Origin: Ramlibacter sp.
Lineage (GTDB): Bacteria; Pseudomonadota; Gammaproteobacteria; Burkholderiales; Burkholderiaceae_C
Direction: 5' to 3'
Assembly: GCA_041905405.1 (NCBI GenBank)
Contig: JAYRLC010000023.1
Span: 15-64,014 of the forward strand
DNA length: 64,000 nucleotides
Positions 57,927 through 64,000 of the stretch are shown one piece after another; position 1 is the first letter of the stretch, and every line of letters starts with the position of its first letter. The notes below the pieces were generated by a model. It saw only the letters and a program-made list of their open reading frames with translations. It was not told where the DNA came from and did not search any database. Both the position numbers and the translations under genes were made by a program.

Positions 57927-58499
57927 ATGAAAATTCTGATGATCGATAACTACGACAGCTTCACCTACAACATCGTCCAGTACTTCGGCGAACTGGGTGC
58001 GCAGGTCGAGGTGTTCCGCAACGACGAGATCACGGTGGAAGGCGTCGCGGGCCGCAACCCGGACCTGCTGGTCGTGTCGCCGGGGCCGTGTTCGCCGGCC
58101 GAGGCGGGCATCTCGGTCCCGGCCATCAAGTACTTTGCCGGCAAGCTGCCCATCCTGGGCGTGTGCCTGGGCCACCAGAGCATCGGCGCGGCATTTGGCG
58201 GAAAAATCGTGCGGGCGCAGCAGCTCATGCACGGCAAGACCAGCGTGATCACCACGACGCAGCAAGGCGTGTTTGCCGGGTTGCCCGCGCAGTTCACGGT
58301 CAACCGCTACCACTCGCTTGCGATTGAGCGCGACTCGTGCCCCGCTGAACTGGAAGTCACTGCGCGAACCGACGATGGCGAGATCATGGGCGTGCGCCAC
58401 AAGAGCCTTCCCATCCAGGGCGTGCAGTTCCACCCCGAATCCATCCTGACCGAGCATGGTCATGCGATGTTGCGCAACTTCATGGATCAGGCCGCATGA
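57927..58499 (+). CDS. trpG: anthranilate synthase component II (glutamine amidotransferase)
   Basis: [20 protein letters not shown], ...GVCLGHQ..., ...VQFHPES. Confidence 0.95.
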   Translation: MKILMIDNYDSFTYNIVQYFGELGAQVEVFRNDEITVEGVAGRNPDLLVVSPGPCSPAEAGISVPAIKYFAGKLPILGVCLGHQSIGAAFGGKIVRAQQLMHGKTSVITTTQQGVFAGLPAQFTVNRYHSLAIERDSCPAELEVTARTDDGEIMGVRHKSLPIQGVQFHPESILTEHGHAMLRNFMDQAA

Positions 58500-59539
58500 C
58501 GCCTGTCGACTTGCGCAGCGACACCGTGACCCAGCCAACGGCCGCCATGCGTGCCGCCATGGCTGCGGCCCCGTTGGGCGACGACGTATTCGCCGACGAC
58601 CCCAGCGTCAACGCCCTGCAGGACAAGATCGCCGGCATGCTCGGCTTCGAGGCGGCGCTGTTCGTGCCCACCGGCACGCAGGGCAACCTGTGCGCCATCC
58701 TGTCGCATTGCCAGCGCGGCGACGAATACATCGTGGGCCAGTTCCAGCACTGCTACCGCTGGGAGGGCGGCGGCGCCGCCGTGTTCGGCAGCGTGCAGCC
58801 CCAGCCGCTGAACCACGCGGGCGACGGCAGCCTGCCGCTGGCCGACATCGAGGCCGCGATCAAGCCCGATGACGCCCACTTCGCGCGCACCCGGCTGCTG
58901 GCGCTGGAGAACACGCTGGGCGGCAAGCTGCTGCCTTTCAGCTATGTGCAGCAGGCGACGGCCCTGGCCAGCAGCAAGGGCCTGTCGCGCCACCTGGACG
59001 GCGCGCGCCTGTTCAACGCCGCCGTGGCACAGGCCGCGCAGACGGGCGGCGATGCGCGGGCTGAAGCCCTGCGCATTGCGCAGTGCTTTGACAGCGTGTC
59101 GGTGTGCTTCAGCAAGGGGCTTGGCGCGCCGGTGGGGTCCGCCCTGTGCGGCAGCCGCGAATTCATCGCGCGCGCCCATCGCGTCCGCAAGATGGCGGGC
59201 GGCGGCATGCGTCAGGCCGGGATGCTGGCCGCTGCCGCGTCCCATGCGCTGGACCATCACATCGACCGCCTCGCAGACGACCATGCGCTCGCGCGGCGGC
59301 TGGCCGACGGCCTGGCGGGCCTTGACGGCGTGCAGGTCGAGGCGCCGCACACCAACATCGTGTTCGTGGACCTGACCGGCGCCGCGCGTGAAAAATCCGC
59401 GGGCCTGCTGCCGCACCTGGCCGCGCTGGGCATCCAGGCCACGGGGCTGTACCGCCTGCGGCTCGTGACGCACCTCAACGTGGATGCGGCCGGCGTGGAC
59501 CGCGCCGTCGCGGCCATCCGCGCGTATTGCGGAGCCTGA
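58496..59539 (+). CDS. ltaE: low-specificity L-threonine aldolase
   Basis: [15 protein letters not shown]....GDDVF.DDPS. ATGA overlap with trpG. Confidence 0.9.
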   Translation: MTPVDLRSDTVTQPTAAMRAAMAAAPLGDDVFADDPSVNALQDKIAGMLGFEAALFVPTGTQGNLCAILSHCQRGDEYIVGQFQHCYRWEGGGAAVFGSVQPQPLNHAGDGSLPLADIEAAIKPDDAHFARTRLLALENTLGGKLLPFSYVQQATALASSKGLSRHLDGARLFNAAVAQAAQTGGDARAEALRIAQCFDSVSVCFSKGLGAPVGSALCGSREFIARAHRVRKMAGGGMRQAGMLAAAASHALDHHIDRLADDHALARRLADGLAGLDGVQVEAPHTNIVFVDLTGAAREKSAGLLPHLAALGIQATGLYRLRLVTHLNVDAAGVDRAVAAIRAYCGA

Positions 59540-59541
59540 CC

Positions 59542-60186
59542 ATGCCGATCGACCAGTTGCTTCTTTTCATAGCGGCCGGGCTGCTGCTGAACCTCACCCC
59601 CGGACCCGACGTGCTGTACATCGTGACCCACGCGCTCCGCCAGGGAGCGCGTGCCGGGTCCGTGGCCGCCCTGGGCATCACGGCGGGCTGCTTCGTGCAT
59701 ATCTTCGCGGCAGCCGTGGGCGTCAGCGCGCTGATGGCGGCGTCAGCCACGGCGTTCACCGTGCTCAAGTGGATGGGCGCGGCCTACCTCGTCTACGTGG
59801 GCTTGCGCATGCTGCTCGCGCGCGCGCCTTCCGGCATGGTGCTGGACGGGGCATCCGCGGCGGCGGCCGTACCCCTGAAGACCATCTTCCTGCGTGGCTT
59901 CTGGACCAATGCGCTGAACCCCAAGGTGGCGCTGTTCTTCCTGGCATTTGTGCCGCAGTTCATCGGCCCGGCGGTCGAGCACAAGGCGCTGGCCTTCCTG
60001 CTGCTGGGGCTACTGTTCAACTTCAACGGCCTGTGGGTCAACATCGGCTGGGCGCTGGCGGCGGCCTGGCTGGCGTCGCGCGTGAGTGCGGTCCAGAAAA
60101 CCATGCACTGGCTGGACCGCATTGCCGGCGCCATGTTCGTGGGCTTCGGCCTCAAGCTCGCCTTCACAGACAATCCTTCGCAATAA
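59542..60186 (+). CDS. LysE/RhtB-family amino-acid exporter
   Basis: MPIDQLLLFIAAGLLLNLTPGPDVLYIV; about 6 TM helices. Confidence 0.85.
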   Translation: MPIDQLLLFIAAGLLLNLTPGPDVLYIVTHALRQGARAGSVAALGITAGCFVHIFAAAVGVSALMAASATAFTVLKWMGAAYLVYVGLRMLLARAPSGMVLDGASAAAAVPLKTIFLRGFWTNALNPKVALFFLAFVPQFIGPAVEHKALAFLLLGLLFNFNGLWVNIGWALAAAWLASRVSAVQKTMHWLDRIAGAMFVGFGLKLAFTDNPSQ

Positions 60187-61230
60187 ATGGAGACGGCCAT
60201 GCCCATCACCCCTCAGGAAGCGCTGCAGCGCACCATCGAGCACCGCGAAATCTTCCACGACGAAATGCTCAGGGTCGTGCGCCTGATCATGAGCGGCGAG
60301 CTGTCACCCGTCATGATGGCCGCGCTCATCACCGGCCTGCGCGTCAAGAAGGAAACCATTGGCGAAATCACCGCCGCTGCACAGGTCATGCGCGAGTTCT
60401 CCACCAAGGTGAACGTGGCCGACAAAACCCACCTGGTCGACATCGTGGGCACGGGCGGCGACGGCTCGCACACGTTCAACATTTCGACCTGCTCGATGTT
60501 CGTGGCCGCCGCGGCCGGCGCCAAGGTCAGCAAGCACGGCGGGCGCAGCGTGTCCAGCAAGAGCGGCAGCGCCGATGTGCTGGAGTCGCTGGGCGTCAAC
60601 ATCAACCTGCCGCCCGACGCGATTGCCAAATGCATCGCCGAAACCGGCATCGGCTTCATGTTTGCGCCCAACCACCACAGTGCCATGAAGCACGTGGCGC
60701 CCGTGCGCAAGGAGCTGGGCGTGCGCACCATCTTCAACATCCTGGGCCCGTTGACCAACCCGGCCGGCGCGCCCAACATCCTCATGGGTGTTTTCCACCC
60801 GGACCTGGTGGGTATCCAGGTGCGCGCGCTGCAGCGCCTGGGCACCGAGCATGCGGTGGTGGTCTACGGCCGTGACGGCATGGACGAAGTCAGCCTGGGC
60901 GCTGCCACCATGGTCGGTGAGCTGAAGAGCGGCGAGATCACCGAGTACGAAATCCACCCCGAAGACTTCGGCCTGCCCATGGCCAGCAACCGTGCGCTCA
61001 AGGTGGACACGCCCGAGCAGTCCCGCAACATGCTGGTGGCGGTGCTGGACAACCAGCCCGGCGCGGCGCGCGACATCGTCGTGCTGAACGCCGGTGTGGC
61101 GCTGTACGCGGCCAATGTGGCCGGCTCCATGAAAGAAGGCGTCGAGCAGGCGCGCGCCGCGCTCGAATCGGGCGCGGCCAAGACGCGGCTGGCGCAGTTC
61201 GTGGCGGCTACGACATCCCTGGCGGGCTGA
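60187..61230 (+). CDS. trpD: anthranilate phosphoribosyltransferase
   Basis: ...[17 protein letters not shown]..., ...[16 protein letters not shown].... The start could be the second ATG, at 60199. Confidence 0.95.
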   Translation: METAMPITPQEALQRTIEHREIFHDEMLRVVRLIMSGELSPVMMAALITGLRVKKETIGEITAAAQVMREFSTKVNVADKTHLVDIVGTGGDGSHTFNISTCSMFVAAAAGAKVSKHGGRSVSSKSGSADVLESLGVNINLPPDAIAKCIAETGIGFMFAPNHHSAMKHVAPVRKELGVRTIFNILGPLTNPAGAPNILMGVFHPDLVGIQVRALQRLGTEHAVVVYGRDGMDEVSLGAATMVGELKSGEITEYEIHPEDFGLPMASNRALKVDTPEQSRNMLVAVLDNQPGAARDIVVLNAGVALYAANVAGSMKEGVEQARAALESGAAKTRLAQFVAATTSLAG

Positions 61231-61232
61231 CC

Positions 61233-62045
61233 ATGGCTGACATCCTGGACAAGATCGTTGCGGTCAAGCGGCAGGAGGTAGCGGCCGCCGTCAAAAGAAA
61301 GTCGCTGGCCGCCATGCGCGCTGATGCGCAGAGCCGCGTGCTCACGCGCGACTTTGCCGGTGCCCTGCGCGCCAAGATCGCTGCCGGCCATGCCGCCGTG
61401 ATTGCTGAAGTCAAAAAGGCCAGCCCCAGCAAGGGCGTGCTACGCGCCGACTTCATTCCCGCCGACATTGCGCAGAGCTATGCCGAAGGCGACGGCAAGA
61501 CCAGCGCCGCCTGCCTGTCGGTGCTGACCGACCAGCAGTTCTTCCAGGGCAGCGTCGACTACCTCAAGCAGGCGCGCGCGTCCTGCGACCTGCCTGTGCT
61601 GCGCAAGGACTTCATGATCGACCCGTACCAGGTGTACGAGTCGCGCGTGATGGGCGCCGACTGCATCCTGCTGATTGCTGCCTGCCTGGATGACGCGCAG
61701 ATGGCGGAGCTGGAGGCCATCGCTCGCAGCCTGGACATGGCCGTGCTGGTCGAGGTGCACGACCGCGCCGAACTGGACCGGGCGCTGAAGCTTAAAACGC
61801 CGCTGGTGGGCATCAACAACCGGAACCTGCGTACCTTCGACGTCACGCTGGACACCACGCTGGGCATGCTGGCCGACGTGCCCCAGGACCGCCTGCTGGT
61901 GACCGAATCCGGCATCCTCGCGCCGGCTGACGTCAAGAAAATGCGCGATGCCGGCGTGCACGCCTTCCTGGTCGGCGAGGCGTTCATGCGCGCCGACGAC
62001 CCAGGCCTGGCGCTGGCAACGCTGTTCGGCGCGCAGGCGGTTTGA
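61233..62045 (+). CDS. trpC: indole-3-glycerol-phosphate synthase
   Basis: ...[13 protein letters not shown]..., ...[11 protein letters not shown]..., ...[10 protein letters not shown].... Confidence 0.95.
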   Translation: MADILDKIVAVKRQEVAAAVKRKSLAAMRADAQSRVLTRDFAGALRAKIAAGHAAVIAEVKKASPSKGVLRADFIPADIAQSYAEGDGKTSAACLSVLTDQQFFQGSVDYLKQARASCDLPVLRKDFMIDPYQVYESRVMGADCILLIAACLDDAQMAELEAIARSLDMAVLVEVHDRAELDRALKLKTPLVGINNRNLRTFDVTLDTTLGMLADVPQDRLLVTESGILAPADVKKMRDAGVHAFLVGEAFMRADDPGLALATLFGAQAV

Positions 62046-62801
62046 ATGGCGCAGGGCAGTCTGGACCTGGGGGGCGAGTTGCCCGAGGCTGCGTCCTTGC
62101 AGCGGTGGGCGCCTGACCAATGGCAAGTTGCGAACGGCTGGCAGCCGGTTGTCGACGAATTCCTGGCCAGCGCTGCGGGCCGCAATCTCGCCGCATTCGT
62201 GCAGGACCGCGTGGCGACGGGCGCCATCGTGTATCCGCCGCAACCTCTGAGGGCGTTGCAACTCACACCGCTGGACGCGGTGAAGGTCGTGATCCTGGGG
62301 CAGGACCCTTACCACGGCCCAGGCCAGGCCGAGGGACTGGCGTTCTCGGTGGCTCCGGGCGTGCGGCTGCCGCCGTCGCTGCGCAACATCTTCAAGGAGC
62401 GTCAGCGCAGCCTGGGCGTTCCTGTTCCGGCGTCGGGCTCGCTGACGCCATGGGCGCGGCAAGGCGTCCTGTTGCTCAACACCAGTCTTACGGTCGAACA
62501 GGGCCTGCCGGCCAGCCACGCCGGGCAGGGCTGGGAACAGCTGACCGATGCTTTGCTGGCTTGTGTGGCCGCCAGTGCGTCACCCTGCGTCTACATGCTG
62601 TGGGGCGCCCATGCGCAGGCCAAATCGGCATTGATCTCCGCCACGGCGGCGCAGCATGGGCGCGACGCACTCATCCTGGCGGCCAACCATCCCTCACCGC
62701 TGTCGGCCAGCCGCCCTCCGGTGCCCTTCATCGGCTGCGGCCATTTCGCTACGGCCCAGGCCTGGCTGGCCGAGCGCGGGGTCAGCGTTTCCTTCGGCTG
62801 A
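62046..62801 (+). CDS. ung: uracil-DNA glycosylase (family 1)
   Basis: VVILGQDPYHGPGQAEGLAFSV and ...HPSPLSA motifs. Confidence 0.9.
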   Translation: MAQGSLDLGGELPEAASLQRWAPDQWQVANGWQPVVDEFLASAAGRNLAAFVQDRVATGAIVYPPQPLRALQLTPLDAVKVVILGQDPYHGPGQAEGLAFSVAPGVRLPPSLRNIFKERQRSLGVPVPASGSLTPWARQGVLLLNTSLTVEQGLPASHAGQGWEQLTDALLACVAASASPCVYMLWGAHAQAKSALISATAAQHGRDALILAANHPSPLSASRPPVPFIGCGHFATAQAWLAERGVSVSFG

Positions 62802-63933
62802 ACAGCGCGCTGATCAGCGAGCCCAGGCCACGGCGCGGCACCGGCGTGGCGCTGTTGGCGCGCCGCACGCTGTCCACGCGCGTGTCATCCAGGTAGTCGC
62901 GCCGGATGTCGATGGTGCTGCGCCGGCCCAGGTCGTCCAGATGGCGCCGGATCCACTGTTGCCCCGACTGCTGCCCCAGTTCGAACAAGGCCCGGATGAC
63001 GCCCGGGTCTGCCGTGCTGCGGGTGGATGCCGGATAGTCCCGAAGGGCCTCGCCTCCGTCGATGCGGTGCAGCATGACGGTGCGGCAACGGTTGCCTTGC
63101 AGAACACCCTCGGCCAACAGGCGGTTGATGAAATCGATCTCACGCATCTGGGCCATGAGGCTCGCGTTGAAGGTCAGTTCATTCACGCGGTCCAGAATGT
63201 CGGCCGACGTCTGGGGCGTCCCGTCGCGAAGGACGGGGTTGATCTGCACCAGCACGATGTCCGCGCTGTGGCAGTGGTCGACCAGCGGCATGAGCGGCGG
63301 GTTGGCGGAATAGCCGCCATCCCAATAGGGTTTGCCGTCGATCTCCACGGCCTGGAACAGCAACGGCAGGCAAGCAGACGCCATCACGGCCTGGGCAGAC
63401 AGCCGGGGTCCGGAAAACAGCACGGCCTTGCCGCTGTCGACTTGCGTGGCAGATATGAAGACCCGCGGCGACGACAGGGTGCCTATGGCCTTGAAGTCGA
63501 TCTCGCGGGCCAGCAAATCACGAAGCGGGTTGATGTCCAGCGGATTGGCCTGGTACGGGGACAACCAGTTCCGCATCGCCGCAGGCCAAAAGTTTGTAGG
63601 CGCAAACTCCTTTGGAAAGCTTCCCCAAATAAGGTTGACGAGGTTTTGCGATGCGGCGCCTGCCTGTCCCAGCGCCATCACTTCTTCCCACACGCGGGTC
63701 AAGGTGTCTCTCGCCGAGCGCCTGGGATCCGCGCCGGTGGCCAGGCCCCGTGCATGGCCGCTGGCCAGTGCCACCGCGTTGACGGCCCCGGCGCTGGCGC
63801 CACTGAGGCCTTCGATCGCAATACGAGGCTCCGCGAGCAGCGAATCCAGGACGCCCCACGTGAACGCGCCATGGGAGCCTCCGCCCTGCAGTGCGAGGTT
63901 GATCGTGCGGGGGAGTGGGGCGGGGTCGCTCAT
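62782..63933 (-). CDS. patatin-like phospholipase
   Basis: LALQGGGSHGAFTWGVL oxyanion motif, GASAGAVNA (GxSxG), ...DGGY.... Confidence 0.85.
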   Translation of the reverse strand: MSDPAPLPRTINLALQGGGSHGAFTWGVLDSLLAEPRIAIEGLSGASAGAVNAVALASGHARGLATGADPRRSARDTLTRVWEEVMALGQAGAASQNLVNLIWGSFPKEFAPTNFWPAAMRNWLSPYQANPLDINPLRDLLAREIDFKAIGTLSSPRVFISATQVDSGKAVLFSGPRLSAQAVMASACLPLLFQAVEIDGKPYWDGGYSANPPLMPLVDHCHSADIVLVQINPVLRDGTPQTSADILDRVNELTFNASLMAQMREIDFINRLLAEGVLQGNRCRTVMLHRIDGGEALRDYPASTRSTADPGVIRALFELGQQSGQQWIRRHLDDLGRRSTIDIRRDYLDDTRVDSVRRANSATPVPRRGLGSLISALFSRRKR

Positions 63934-64000
63934 GCGGGGATTCTGGCAGTTCGGGCTGCCTTGGGTGTGACCCGGACATAAAACCGTGCTATATTTCGAG

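Noticed and set aside
57834-58538. 234-aa minus-strand ORF ending in ...[22 protein letters not shown].
   Set aside because: It is antisense to trpG. The familiar-looking peptide is simply the right inverted-repeat arm read on the other strand.

Overview
Visibly GC-rich chromosomal segment. Protein sequences, gene order and the Bug-family solute receptors suggest a Burkholderiales/Comamonadaceae-like beta-proteobacterium, but this was not checked by any search. I call about 62 protein-coding genes. I saw no rRNA, tRNA, CRISPR array, integrase or transposase.

The conserved backbone is glcB, a hisC-like gene, argS-SPOR-dsbA, lptA-lptB-rpoN, an rlmL-like methyltransferase, a gltB-like gene, pncC-pgpA, thiL, apaG, rpe, gph, trpE-G-D-C and ung.

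Accessory material is interleaved with the backbone:
1. Seven toxin-antitoxin-type loci: an orphan HigA-like HTH, a Fic/Doc-like protein, PIN+RHH, an orphan PIN, yefM-yoeB, a zeta-like kinase plus small partner, and vapBC.
2. An ~8.4-kb co-directional, tightly spaced gene string (29345 down to 20970, minus strand). vapBC runs straight into an MFS transporter, then a 258-aa P/A-linker protein of unknown function, then a 1183-aa Trp-free coiled-coil protein with a ~220-aa Pro/Ala tail, then the zeta-like kinase.
3. A ~14.9-kb block separating pgpA from thiL. It carries two LysR-linked catabolic modules and a phosphorelay headed by a 2103-aa cytoplasmic histidine kinase with 15 tandem PAS domains.
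4. A CPA2-ybdK-CPA2-thiL operon.
5. A GxxExxY (PD-(D/E)XK-fold) gene bounded by 51-bp inverted repeats, sitting exactly in the trpE-trpG junction.

My best candidate for an undescribed system is the two-gene module at 23161-27501 (unknown 258-aa protein plus the giant coiled-coil/PA-rich protein). The IR-bounded GxxExxY cassette and the 15-PAS kinase relay follow. All functional calls rest on reading the translated ORFs from memory of protein families; no database search was possible.
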